A stretch of DNA of 64,000 nt. Source: Vicugna vicugna (Eukaryota). The notes below the pieces were generated by a model. The model saw only the letters and a list, made by a program, of their open reading frames with translations. It was not told the origin of the DNA and ran no database searches. The stretch is from positions 160,820 to 224,819 of the forward strand of contig MU058433.1 of the NCBI GenBank assembly GCA_013265495.1, read 5' to 3'. A program made the position numbers and the translations under genes. Shown here in pieces: positions 50,901-63,427 of the stretch (positions are counted from its first letter, which is position 1; every line of letters starts with the position of its first letter).

Positions 50901-51685
50901 GGCTCTGGTGCTGGCCAAGGGCAGCTACCAGGTCAGGTAGGGTGGAGGCCACTTTGGAGGATTGCAAGCTGTGTCAGGTCCACCGGTGAACCCAGAGTCG
51001 GGTAAGTACTATTGAGTTAGATGGAGAGTGTCTGCAATGGCACTGCCAGTGCCAGGACAGTTAGGTAGACAGCAAGCCCCCTTACATACAAAACCCCCCA
51101 AAAAAAAAAAAAAAAAAAAAGAAAAGAAAAGCAAAACAGAAAAGTGCCTGTGGGCTCCTTTGTACCTAGAGAAAGTTCCAATATATTCCTGCCCTTCTGG
51201 GAAACATCCTAAAATTAGTTAATGAATCATATATTACCCATGAATTTTCAAATAGCTGCCTATGTGCTGGGATTAAGGGTGAGTAAATTTTTGTGTGTGC
51301 CTTTTAGGAGTGGATTCTTAGTTTTCCACAGCCCTCTGGCTTTTGCTGGTTATCAAAGCCAGACATTATGGGGGGATCATCTTCCTGGTGTAGGTTCCCC
51401 AGGTTGGGGAGCCCAGTGTGAGGTTCAAAGCCCTCAAACCTTAGGGAGGACCTCTGAGGCTATAAAATCCCCACCCCCAATGTGTGTGAGTCTCACTCAG
51501 ATCCTATTACTGTTCCTCTTGCCCATCCATATGAGGCTTTTTATTTTTATGTTTAGTTGTGGAAAATACTTTCTTCTGGTCTTCAGGTGGTTCTAAGAGA
51601 TAGTTTGTCTATTTGTAGTTGTAAATTTCTATCAGAAGAGGCCAGCCCAGGATCTTCCTAGTGTTCATTCTTGTCCTACCCTCCA
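47925..51685 (-). mobile_element. L1 5' half (5'UTR, ORF1, ORF2 endonuclease), 3'-truncated
   Basis: Minus-strand peptides KKIFHANRNKKKAGVTILISDKIDFK and SRIDHILGHKTSL. Confidence 0.9.
48836..48939 (-). mobile_element. Nested short L1 3' end with degenerate TSD
   Basis: Poly-T tail then ttattgagttacagtcactttacaatg; flanks agtctacgtcttta / agtctgtgccttta. Confidence 0.75.
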
Positions 51686-52168
51686 GATCTGTTTTGTAAG
51701 TAAATTCATTTGTGTCCCTTTTTTAGATTTCACATATAAGTGATACTATATGACATTTTTCTTTCTCTTTCTGGTTTACTTCATTTGGTGTGATAATCTC
51801 CAACCCATTCATGTTGCTGCAAATGGCATTATTTTATTCTTTTTATGGCTGAGTAATATTCCATTGTGAGATATATGTCACATCTTCTTTATCCAATCTT
51901 CTGCCAATGGACATTTAGGTTGCTTCCATGTCTTGGTTATTGTAATTGTGCTGCTATGAACATTGGGGTGCATGCATCATTTTGAATTAGAGTTTCCTCT
52001 GGATATATGCCCAGGAGTGGGATTGATGGAGCTTAGGGTAAGTCTGTTTTCAGTTTTCTAAGGAATCTCCATACTATTTTCCACAATGGTTGCACCAAAC
52101 TACATTTCCACCAACAGTGTAGAAGGGTTCCCTTTTCTTCTCACTGTCACCAGCATTTATCATTTGCA
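51686..52168 (-). mobile_element. L1 3' fragment abutting the truncated OR pseudogene
   Basis: gattt cacatataagtgata, catgttgctgcaaatggca, atatgcccaggagtgggatt. Confidence 0.88.
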
Positions 52169-52812
52169 GGCTAATGAGCAGTAAATCTAGTCCAACCACA
52201 AGCAGAATCACAAAGAGCCCATAGATATGGTTAGGTCTGGCATCATCATAGGCCAGTTTCACCATAGCTATGTGGTCACAGTAGGTATGAGGAATGACCA
52301 GGTGGCAGAAGGTCAACCTTTGAAGTAGGAGAGGCATTGGCAGGATAAGAATCACACCCTTGGCTAGAGCCACCAGTCACAGGTGTCCAACAAGGAGTGG
52401 CTTAGAATCGTGATTTAGCATAATGGCTCATACACAGCCACGTAGTGGTCAAAGCCCATTGCAACAAGTAGGGCTGATCGTACCACAGATGCTCCATGGA
52501 TGAAAAACATCTGGGTGAAGCAGGCATTGGCAGCTATATCCTGACCACTGAACCAGAAGACGCAAAGGAGCTTAGGCAATAGAGTCAGTGGATGTGAGGT
52601 CAGCCAGCCACCATCAGCAGAGCCAGGAGCAGGTACATTGGTGTGTGAAATGTGGGCTCTGTGGCCACCAGAAAGAGGAGAACACCATTGCCATTGAGGA
52701 TAGCCAAAAACATGGAGGAGAAAGAAAGAGACAGACGTAAGTGCTATGACTCTAAGCCAGGTATGCCCATCAAAGTGAAGTTCATAAAGCTGGAATGGCT
52801 GAAGATTCGCAT
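52169..52812 (-). pseudogene. OR52-family pseudogene, 3'-truncated after TM5
   Basis: MRIFSHSSFMNFTLMGIPGLES*; FHTPMYLLL; MGFDHYVAV; HTYCDH; stops and frameshifts; TM6-7 not found. Confidence 0.88.
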
Positions 52813-53399
52813 GGCAGAAACTGTTGGTGGTTGTTCAAGAAAGTTTAACAATGAGACTCAGGTGGGTTTTTTGTTTTTTGTTTTTTAATACCAGTTTTGC
52901 TTTTTTATACTCACTTGAGATGGGGCTCAGAAAAAGATGGAAGAGAACTTCTGTGGAATTATGGAATCTTCAGTATGGCTTTAGTTCTGTCTCTAAGCAC
53001 CTGTATTATTTTCACATTCAGTTCTTTATAAGCCTCAGGCTTCTCTTCTGTATAAGATAATCTCTAGTGGACTTTGACTCTCAGCCCTCCCAGTCCAGCA
53101 ATTCTGTACTTCAAAAATATTGTTTGCAGTTCTGAGTAAGAATAGGAGAAAAGATTTTCATCCTTGACTAAAGATGGAAGAACCTGATAGAAGAACCATA
53201 ATCTCATTGGGAAGCTTCCTATATATAGAGAGAGGAAATATGCTTACACACCCCTCACCGCAGAAGTGCTGAGCTATGGTGGAGGGGGGCTGGTGGGAAT
53301 CTCCTTTGAGTTTCTTCACTTTTCTCTCTTTCAGAGATCCACTCTCTGGTTTTGATCCTGCTTCTCACCACTGGAGCCATCTGTTTTTTGGACAAAATA

Positions 53400-53990
53400 T
53401 AAAAGATACAGTTTCCAAATAAGGGCACCGTTAGGTGGCTGCCTCTGTAGGATAAGCTCTGGTAGTTGGGTATTCTCCTTTTTTTGGTAATGCATGTGTC
53501 TGCCCTGAGCTTTGATGTCCTCGACATCCACTTCAAAGAGTGCTATCTCAAGTAAATACATTGCCACCCAGAGGACTAGATGAAGAGGGAGGCCACATCC
53601 AGCCCACTCCAGACTCCTTTGTTTTAGAGATCTTGGTTGTTTTTGATAAATGGGCATCCTGGCCCCTTGTTTTTCCTCTTCTCATGCTTTAAATTTCTGC
53701 TCCTATGTTTTAAATTCACCAGGAAAGAGTGAGCCTCCAAAATCCTAAGCCCCCACCTTTGATCCCCATAAAAGCAGAACCTGAGTCCCACATCCTCTCT
53801 CTCTACCTCACTGTGAGGCCCCAAGTGTGCCATGTAACTTCTAGGACTTGTAAGTAATAAACTGTTTTCCCCACACAGTTTCCTGCTGGTGATGGCTATT
53901 GCTGAGGATATCTTGCCATCCTACTAGGAACCGCAAAGGTGGGTCCAGCCACAACATTGGTTATCCAGAGGTTGAGACTGACACACAAAA
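53400..53990 (+). mobile_element. Probable ERV LTR remnant (boundaries uncertain)
   Basis: cataaaagc TATA-like box, gtaataaac polyA-like signal, ends in gacaca. Confidence 0.4.
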
Positions 53991-55304
53991 CAGACTCCCA
54001 CTCTCTATCAAGCTAGGTATTTGTGTGCTTGATGGACAGTCTTCTGAGGTTTTTACATGATTTGTGCATCTTTCATTACAACCAGCCCTCGTGTGTAGAT
54101 GGAATTGCTTTTAGTCACAAAGCATTTACTTCGAATTAGTCCACTGGGTTACCAATTCATTCTTCATCTCTATCATATATTAAGCAGAATTTCTTTCCTT
54201 CCAAAGATCTATAGACATTCCAAGCAGTAGTTAAATCAAGAACTCCTCCCACTAATCTCTACCTATTCTTCCCTCCACCACATGTTGTCCATTTCATCTG
54301 TTTCTTTTTAAAAGTCATGTACATTCAATTTATGCCTATTGCCTCTACTTATGGTCCCATATGTTAGAGAAATTAATGTTATGATGTAAAAGGATATTCA
54401 GAAAGCTCTCGGAGCTATTGTAGTCATAGGGATAATTAATAATTCCTATAGGAATTTGAAATACATATGTCTGCAAAATGATAGAAATCTGCATTAAACT
54501 TAGACTACTAAAAGGAAGCTAATCTTTATAATAGAGTGTGTATGTGTATGGGGGTGCAAGGTAGACAATGGGAACCAACACAAAAGAGAAGAATATTTAC
54601 CTGAATAAATAAAATTAACACTGTCACTAGCATTTTGTACTACATACTAGAGGGAACAATTCTCCTTTGGAAACAATGATACAGAGTGCACTTAGATGGA
54701 ACTTTGCACTTATGCCTGCACAGACACTGAGGACACTGGACAGTTCTGATACAAGCAAGCAGCATCCTAGATGGGTTTGCTGAAGAGGATCTGTAGATCC
54801 TGCACAACCAAGGAGAAGAGTTTAAGATGGTAACAGAATTTCTTTTTACTCATATGGCTAGGAGTTTCTTAGTTACATTAGAAACCCACTGTAGAAAACA
54901 CCCTGAGAACTGTGTCACTAAATTCATTAATACTATCACAGAATATTATTTCCATCATATGATTTAAGGAAAACTCCTAAATGTTTATGATACTCTGTTA
55001 GAATATAACGATTCCTGAAATATTTGCTTTAGGTCACCTGTAGTGCTATTAAAATAAAGTCTGCACTTAAACTGAGCACCACAAACCAGGGTCCTCAGGG
55101 TCGGCTGCACAGTATATGAATATAAATATTAAATTTTCTTAGTCTAAGTATTTTCTGCACATTCTTTGTGTTTTAAAAAAAAACATATGCATGCCTCATT
55201 CCAGTTCTTATTCTAAAATTTGAGATGAATCATTATTAGCTGTTAATCTTGTTGCTTTTATACATCCCTTAGTTAAAGATCTGTTTTGTTTCTCATATAG
55301 TATC

Positions 55305-55879
55305 AGTTGGGGAGGAAGAAATGTTCCTCTACTCTTTCAAAGTTATTCTGGCTGGTCTAAGAATTAAACTGACATGAGACAGATTAACAAGAGAAAATAA
55401 AAAGTTTAGTAACATGCATACATGGGAGAGACGCAGAAAACCGAATGACTCACCACAATGGCCAAAATCTTTACTTTAAATATCATCTTCAGCTAAAGAC
55501 AAAAAACGGTATTGGAGATGACTGTTTGGAACTTCAAAGGGGAGGAAGGAAATTTGCATAGAGATGAAAAAGCAAATGGTTGGTAAACAAGTGTTCAGGA
55601 AACAGAGACAGTCATGCAGAGACAATAGGACACAGAGTGGACTCTGATTTTCAGGCTCTGCTGAGTTCCCCCACCACCACACCGAGCCCATATTCTTTGC
55701 AGATATCTCTGGTGATAGCTCTATTTCGGGAATAAACCTGTTATCTAAATTATTTTAGGTAGTTAAAGGAGAGGTAGCAAGAAAACTTCTGAGTCTTCTG
55801 TTTCTTTAAAATAATCAGCATAAGTTAATCCTCATGCCAAAGAGATACATTTTACTGTGGCAAATTTTGCTCCCGTACA
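55305..55879 (-). mobile_element. ERV1-type solo LTR with 4-bp TSD TATC
   Basis: tatc at 55301-55304 and 55880-55883; gacatgagacagattaaca and atgccaaagag..cattt motifs. Confidence 0.75.
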
Positions 55880-56765
55880 TATCTGACCCTAACTGACTAT
55901 TACAACTAAAATTCTTATAATCTGAGATCTAAAACTTAGAAAGAAGCATCACTTACAGATCACTCTCTTAGCCATACTTAAATCACTTAAAATGTGACAC
56001 TCATAAAGTCAATTCATTTAAGTTGCTACAAAAGATTACATAGAATTTAAGTTGGATTCTTCCATATCTTTAGAACTGGTCTAGATTTAAGATAAGTACA
56101 TAAAGAAGAAAATAATTAATAGGGTACTAACCAGTCTCTGTTTATTCTGGAACTAACAAGACTAAAGGCAGAATGGGAATGTAAATATGAATAGAGAAAT
56201 GAGTTACCATTAAAGATACAGAAGAACTATAGATCATTTTCTGCTCTATACTCACTCCTGTCACCCTTTTGGGTAAATTAAATATTCATGAAGATGAGCT
56301 GATTTCACAGTTTGTTGAATTTTTCCATTCCAAGGACCATTTCGCACCTGCACACTCTCTTAACCTCTGACTCTTCTCTTCCACCAACTAAACCTGTCTG
56401 TTTCTCTCCAATGTCAAGACCTCTGACCTCTTGTTCTTCAACCACAACTCTTACCTCTAAGTCAGCACTGATAATTGTAACATCTACAGAAAATATTACA
56501 CAGTTACATTAATAGCCTACTGTCAATGTATAGTTGTCTCAATTGAACTTTCAAATGTCAATAATTATTATATGTGTACCATTTATTTCAAAAGTCATTA
56601 CCTTCCAAAATGTCAATAGCTAGCATCACATATTTAATTTATCCATGTTCCCAGCCTACAATTTTTTCTCACTTGTCACAGAGACAATAAACATAAAGAT
56701 CTTCAGTTCTTGAAAAATAATTGCCTGATCCTTCATTGTTGCTAAGAAAGAAGGGTAAAATATAT

Positions 56766-57205
56766 TGAAACTGAGCAGGACCCTGTAGGGCCTTGCCAGA
56801 GACAGACTCCCTTTGTCCTCCTATCTCTTGTTTGTAGAAAATCTTTAGCCTCCTAGGCCTTCCCTGAATTCTAAAGAGCAAATTTAATCAAAGAAGTGAG
56901 AAAATGCAGAAACTAAGAAAAGCAGTCAAGCAAGACAAAATAATGGACCATAAAGCAAAAACAAAATCAAGGACCCTTGGTTCCTCCTCAAGGACTAGAG
57001 ATAATACCGTGAGCCATAGTTTTGAGTTGTTTTGCAGATGCTAAAGCCCCCACTAAGTGGAGGAGATTAACTGCATGCTGACCACTAGCATGTAGACCCC
57101 AAACTGGTTGGAACCAGAAAATTGGTAATTGAGATTTCCTAAATACCAACCAATCATAAGAATGTCCTTGAGCTGATCATGTATCCTGTAACCCTCACCC
57201 TTAAA
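56766..57205 (+). mobile_element. ERV1-type LTR, U3 only (3'-truncated)
   Basis: tgaaactgagcaggaccctg start; aaccaatca and gagctgatca; breaks at cccttaaaaaaa. Confidence 0.7.
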
Positions 57206-58921
57206 AAAATAAAATAAAAAAGACAAAGCATCTCACAAAGCCACTCTGCAGCTATGTAACGGTGGCCAGTCTGAGGACATGAGCAGTAAACTCTCTATAA
57301 CAGTGGAGTCCCAGGAAGGAGTAAACATAGCAGAACAGGCCTTGGACAATCTAGAAAGAACTGGGAGTGAAAGTATATCCATCCTGGGGTCCTTGGGAAA
57401 TGGAGCCGCGTTAGAAATGGAGAGGGCTCCAGAGCAGGTAGCGGTAGCACCTGTGGCCTCAGGGGCTGTAAACTGTTAGATGCCCTTAGATAAACAGCCC
57501 CAGTGCTGAGAGGTGGAAGATTAAAACCAAAACAAAAAGGGAGTAGACTACAAATACTCCTTCCCTGACTCTTTAAGAAAACCCTGTGCCTTCACCTCCA
57601 TATTTCGATCTGATAAACTACAGAAGAAACACTTGGATGTTCAGTTTCCTGGGGAACACAGAAACTACCTAGGTGGCTCTAGCCATGAACCCAGTGCAAA
57701 CCACCTAACTCCGCAGTGGGATGGTGAGGTGGGTTTCATCAGTATAACCACCTCCTGGCCCAGTATTCAGATAGTTGAGGTGGGAGACTAGAGATGCTCT
57801 TTCGATCTTCCAAGGGTATTTCTGCAGTGCCGTGCCTTCTCTTTCCTACTGTCCTGGAGTTATGTGAGTTTGGGCTGGGGAAAAAGTCTGGAAAAGAGCC
57901 CTCGAGAAAAGTCCATCTGTACGACTGGCAGTGGGGAATTTACTTTAAAACAGGAAGAACGAGATTTAGAGGTCAGGAGAGGGGACTTTGCTAAATGACA
58001 CCTCTATGTAAACTAGTTTGGAGCTTTATTTAGCAGACTTCCTAAACGGAGAGTTTTACTTTGACTTTAGGCTCAGTGGTTGGAAAGGGGAGCCAAGTGG
58101 GGAGCCTCCAACAAAGGAAGAAGCAAATGGTATGTTAGTCAAACCAGGGAAATGGGAGGTGCTACAAAGAAAATTCAAGACAGTTACTGTGGCAGTCCTC
58201 AAATTACTAACAAGAAATAATTGTTCACTTAGCACCTGAGAGGTAATCTGTGTGCCTAGTGACACACTGCAGAGATAAACAGCAATAAATTGGGCAGAGG
58301 GAATTAGTAGAACCTTAATGATTCCACTGAGCTTTCCCATGGTCCAAGGTTCTTAAAATGGGCAGAAGGGGCCTCAGTTTAATTGTGCTCTTGTCCAGAC
58401 AGAATGACAGCCTTCGGTTCGTGGTGCAGTTTCAGGTATGGAAAATTCTTCTCCATCCTATCTTTCTCCAAATTGTGATGTCAGAAATTTTATCTTACTG
58501 AGAGCATTGGCTTTAATATCACAATAAGAATTGGAATGGAAATTTAGTCAGAGGGACAGGTTCAAACTGAGGTGTGAGAAAGAATGTTCACAAATATTTA
58601 TCAATATCGTAAGATATTTTATGAAAGAGATAGTGTGAGACAACAGACTATTCCTGTGAGTTGGGTGGGAAAGGGATGATAATGGGAGTGAGGGAGATGA
58701 TAAGAGTATGTGGCCCTATGAAGGTGATGGCAACTGCAAAGGTTGGGATTCCTTAGAAAGAAACTACAGGAATTGCAAGTAATGGTCACTTGCATCAATC
58801 AAATTAGGAGCCAGTCTATTCTAGTGACATGTGGTAATGTTTGCTCAGTCCAACTTCTACAAGAAAAAGTCACAAGGCAGAAAGTCAGGGACTTAAAAAG
58901 CAGAAATAAAACTCCATGAAC

Positions 58922-59416
58922 TGCCGGAACCTGCCGGCAAATCCACAGGTCCTGACTGAGACCTGAGAGACTGAGAAAGAAAATAGACAAGACAACAGAT
59001 GGGGTCGAGAGGGACGCGCTTCAAGCCTGCAAGACGCTAGGCTAAAAGTCGCCGTCCGTCTTTATTTCTCTGGTGCTTATACACTTGTTCTAACGTCACT
59101 ATTTTTAACACAGCAGAAAAAAGCAAAAAGGTGTATGCAGTTTGTCAAAGTTTTACAATCCTTTGCAAGACAGTTTTACAATCATTTGTAGGACCACTGA
59201 CGTCTTAGATAAACACGATCCTGTTTACCTACATTCCTTAGCTTGGGAGCAAGGAGCCTAAAAGCAAACATCTGGTGTTCATTTACTCTAAGTTAATAAT
59301 AGGGGTGGCGGGACAGGGAATTCTTTACTCATTCCCAGGGCCATACTTCAGCATTCCAAGGTTTTTAGGCCTTATCTTAATGCTGTAGCCCTCAAGTTAT
59401 GAGGCGGCTCCCCGCA
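58922..59416 (-). mobile_element. Young ERV2 (betaretrovirus-like) solo LTR, 495 bp
   Basis: Minus strand TGCGGGGAGCCG...CCGGCA; 6-bp TSD atgaac/atgagc; AATAAA at 59061-59066; CpGs retained. Confidence 0.85.
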
Positions 59417-59874
59417 ATGAGCCATCCTCAAGTTAAGCCTTCTGGCTGACAATGAGTGAATTTGTGACAGACTGAAAACTGTAGGAAGGTCTGGCATAAA
59501 CTAAGGGGTTGGAGCGGTGCAGTGAGCAGGGCTTTTCTGCTTCTACATCTGACTCCTGCGCCATTATCCATGTTGAACAGGGGCTCACATTAGCTCAGCA
59601 AGCAAATACGTGTCATAAGACCAGAGCTGAGTGTATCTGGTTTGGCTAAGAGCAGACAGGAAAGCTGTTTTCCGGTCTCCTAATGATTGTCATGTAACGG
59701 TAGAGGTCAGAAAAAGTTCTAACGAACGTTTATTTTATCAGCAGATTTACCCTACAATTCTCATTGTGTAAACACTCATTATACAAATATTCAAGCTAAG
59801 ACTAGTTTCTAGTTGGTTGAGGTAACTGTGAGGATTCCGTATTGGATACGAGATCACTTTCCTACTAATATGAA

Positions 59875-60115
59875 GGCAATGATAACAGTAAATGTCATTA
59901 TTTACTGAGCACCTTCTATAAGCCACAAAGTGTACTAGGTAGTTTTTTTTTTAATTTCAACAACCTCACAAAGCATTATTACAATAGTACAGATCAGAAA
60001 ACTGTACTATTTTAGAGGAAAATTGACTTGTCCAAGGCAACACAACCAGTAAGAGGTAGATAACAAAGATTTGTTCCCAATTTATGGATCCTAAACTCTT
60101 TTTTACCACCACAGC
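59875..60115 (-). mobile_element. MIR SINE
   Basis: atttactgagcacctt, caacctca, tgacttgtccaaggcaacaca. Confidence 0.75.
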
Positions 60116-60893
60116 TTCCAGCTTTAAAAACTTCAAGATTCTGTGCTTTTAAAATATTCTTGCCTCTTCAAACAATATGTGAAGGCAAACATGGAGTATG
60201 GAATACACCCTTTCCTGGATATTAAATGGAGTTCTAGAGAGCTCAAAGCACATACATAATGTTTACATTTTTGGACGAGTCCAAACTTTTATCTTGATGA
60301 GTTTTTATTAAGGGACGATAAGATCCTAAGTCAAATTGATCAGAAACTTAAATACTTGCCATCCTTTACTTCTCAGGTGTAAGTTCAGAGAGCTGTGTGT
60401 GCAACAAGACTCTACATAGGCACCTACTGGGAGAAGCCACATTTTCCCATCTCCTGTGGAGGTCGTGATTTACTGGCCTTGAGCTGTGATGAGACTAGCA
60501 TTTGTCACCAACCTTCTTTCCTCCTGTTAGTCCCTGCATCTGTGAGAACAAACACAATAGCTGATCTTGATTACCTACATGTTTGGGCTATCTGGTATTG
60601 GGCTGTCTCTTAAACTCACCTACATGGTAAGGAAAGATTTTCTGTGCAGTCCCAAAAGGAAGATTCTTCCCTGATTTTTGTTTTTTTCAATAACTACACA
60701 CATGCAGTATCTGATCCATTAAGGAGTAGGAGAGTTTCTTTCTCTTCTATTTGGATACATGCACACCGGGTGTAAGAAACAGATGTGTAACTCTAGGCTC
60801 ATTCATATCCTGTTGTGTGTTGTCTTTTCAGATGATGTGATACTATGTGAGGGATTCTGACCTAAGAAGATGCCCAGAACTCTTGGCCAAACC

Positions 60894-61860
60894 ATGAAGT
60901 CTCCTAATTACACTTACTGTGGACTCTTCTGTTTTCTTCCTGGTGGGCATCCCAGGTCTGGAACAGTTCCACCTGTGGCTCTCACTCCCTGTGTATTGCC
61001 TGTGCACAGCCACAATTGTGGGCAACGTAACCATCCTGGTTGTTGTTGCCACTGAACCAGTCCTGCACAAGCCTGTGTACCTGTTCCTGCGCATGTTCTC
61101 CACCATTGACTTGGCTGCCTCTTTCTCTCCAGTCCCCAAGCTGCTGGCCATCCTCTGGTGTGGAGCTGGGCACATCTCTGCCTCTGCATGCCTGGCACAG
61201 ATGTTTTTCATTCATGCTTTCTGCATGATGGAGTCCACTGTGCTGCTGGCCATGGCCTTTGATCGTTATGTGGCTATTTGCCACCCACTCCACTATGCCA
61301 CTATCCTCACTGACACCATCATTGTCCGCATTGCAGTGGCAGCTATGGTGCAGGGCTCCATTCTCATGCTCCCATGTCCTTTCCTCATTGGGCGTCTGAA
61401 ATTCTGCCAAAGCCATGTGATCCCACATACGTACTGTGAGCACATGGCCGTAGTGCCGCCAGCCTGTGGAGACCCCAGGCCCAACCGTGTGTACGGGCTG
61501 GCAGCAGCACGTTTGGGCATTGGGGTTGACTTGCTCTGCATTGGTCTTTCCTATGTCCTTATTGCACGAGCTGTTCTTCGTCTCTCATCCCACGAAGCTC
61601 GGTCCAAGGCCCTGGGGACTTGTGGTTCCCATGTCTGTGTTATCCTAATCTCTTATACACCAGCCCTCTTCTCCTTTTTTACCCATCGTTTTGGTCATCA
61701 TGTTCCACTCCATATTCACATTCTTTTGGCCAATGTTTATCTGCTCTTCCCACCTGCTCTTAACCCTATAGTATATGGAGTTAAGACCAAAGAAATACGG
61801 GAAAGGGTTGTCAGGGTGTTTCAAAGGGGGCATGGAACTGGGGTCAAGGCATCTGAGTGA
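60894..61860 (+). pseudogene. OR52P1: OR52P1 ortholog, +1 frameshift ~20 nt after the ATG
   Basis: MKSPNYT start is out of frame with DSSVFFLVGIPGLEQFHLWLSLP...GVKASE (25 nt offset); sequence recalled as OR52P1. Confidence 0.82.
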
Positions 61861-63087
61861 TCCAGGAGTATAGAAGGGACTTAGTCCAAGTGATATGAAA
61901 CTTTTCAAGATTAAGCAGTCCTCAGTATTTCAGATGGGAAAGAGATTTTAACCAGTTATGATGTCCTTCACAGTAACTTCTAGACCATTTCCAATCATCA
62001 CACGGTTCTATTGGAAGACTGTCAGTCCATGGAGTGGCACTGGTTTTAATTTTTTATTATAATCCTCAAGTGGAGATATTCTGCACAAATTTTAAATAAT
62101 TTTATACAATTCTAAACACTGTGGTTCATCAACTAAGTTTCTATTTTATGCTTCAAAATTATCGTCTTACTAGCGCAAAAGCCTTACAACCCCAACCCTG
62201 GAACAATTCTGTGCTCTGTGTCAAATGTTGCTATACTGAGACTGTGGACCGCTTCTGAAGAAAGTAAACACATATGCAGATTGCAAGCAACATTTGTTCA
62301 TAATTTCAGCTTTTAACTGGGATCTCATTACATGGCTATGTTTTTACCTACTACATGGTTTATAATAATATGTTTTTGCCATCCTCAGTTCTCTTGTACA
62401 CCTCCTGCCCCTCATGGTTTTCAATATTCCATTAATGTCTGTCCCATAAAGAAAAATGAAATTATTAGAAAGTGAACCCTCTCAAATTCTAATCTTTTTG
62501 ACATGTACAGCCATTATTTTCCCATTTCTTACTGTATTTGTTTATTGCTAATTCCTTTTTCTGATCAACCAAAGTTCTCAAAATATGCTCTTGGGAGCTC
62601 AGACCATCATTCACTTCTTCTATTTCTCATGTTTACAGTGTGTTTTAATTTATGGCTTTTTTACCCAATAGCAAAAATTCCTTTAATATTAGTGACTTTT
62701 CTTCTTTCATGTAAGTTTCTGGAAAATATTTTTGAAACTATTTCTGCTTTCTCAATTTCTATTTCTTCCCTCCTTTATAATCTGGCTTCAACCACAAGTT
62801 GAAGTTTCCAGTAAAGAGTCTGTTATCAAAGCCACCAGTAATCTTGTCTAATTGGACTACCTTACAACAAGTTGTATTATTGTGCAATCTACTTCTCCGC
62901 AATCTGTCTACCGTGACTTCTGGGATACTACACAATCCTAGCTTTTCTTCTCTGTCTAAAATGTGTTCCTTCATGTTCTCAAGGAAATGATATTAGATCA
63001 AAAAGAAAACCTCAACCAGGTCCATAGGAAAAATAATGAAAGCATTTCAGAACTGAGTACAATAAGGCTCGAAAAAAAAATCGGTAT

Positions 63088-63427
63088 TGTTGATCTGAAA
63101 CAAATAGACTGACAGATACTTCTCCAAAAAAGATGGGTCTCTCTGGGATTACCAGGGAATTGTGGTTTGGGCTCTGCAGTCATGGTGAGCCAGGTGTAAA
63201 TCCCTGCATATCAAGGGAAGGAGAACACGTCTGTAGAGGGGAAAAGGATGTTAGAGGGCCATAGTAAACACAGACTCCATGGTTTTTTATTAGCTGAGTC
63301 CTTGACAGAAAAGAATAGGGGTTTTTCTTCTTGTTGGGCTCTGTTATCATCTTAGGGTGTGAGAGCTTCTCCTTCTGGTCTCTCAACTTTATTTAATTGA
63401 GGTTTCTGTTTGTTAATTTTTTAAACA
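63088..63427. mobile_element. Solo ERV LTR (~340 bp)
   Basis: TGTT...AACA termini; near-TSD gtat/atat. Confidence 0.65.

Noticed and set aside
52074..52373. Apparent OR-L1 fusion ORF
   Set aside because: Chance read-through across a pseudogene/L1 junction; the upstream OR has stops
1040..63386. Numerous other 60-160 aa ORFs
   Set aside because: Antisense or off-frame shadows of L1, OR and TRIM5 sequence, or random ORFs
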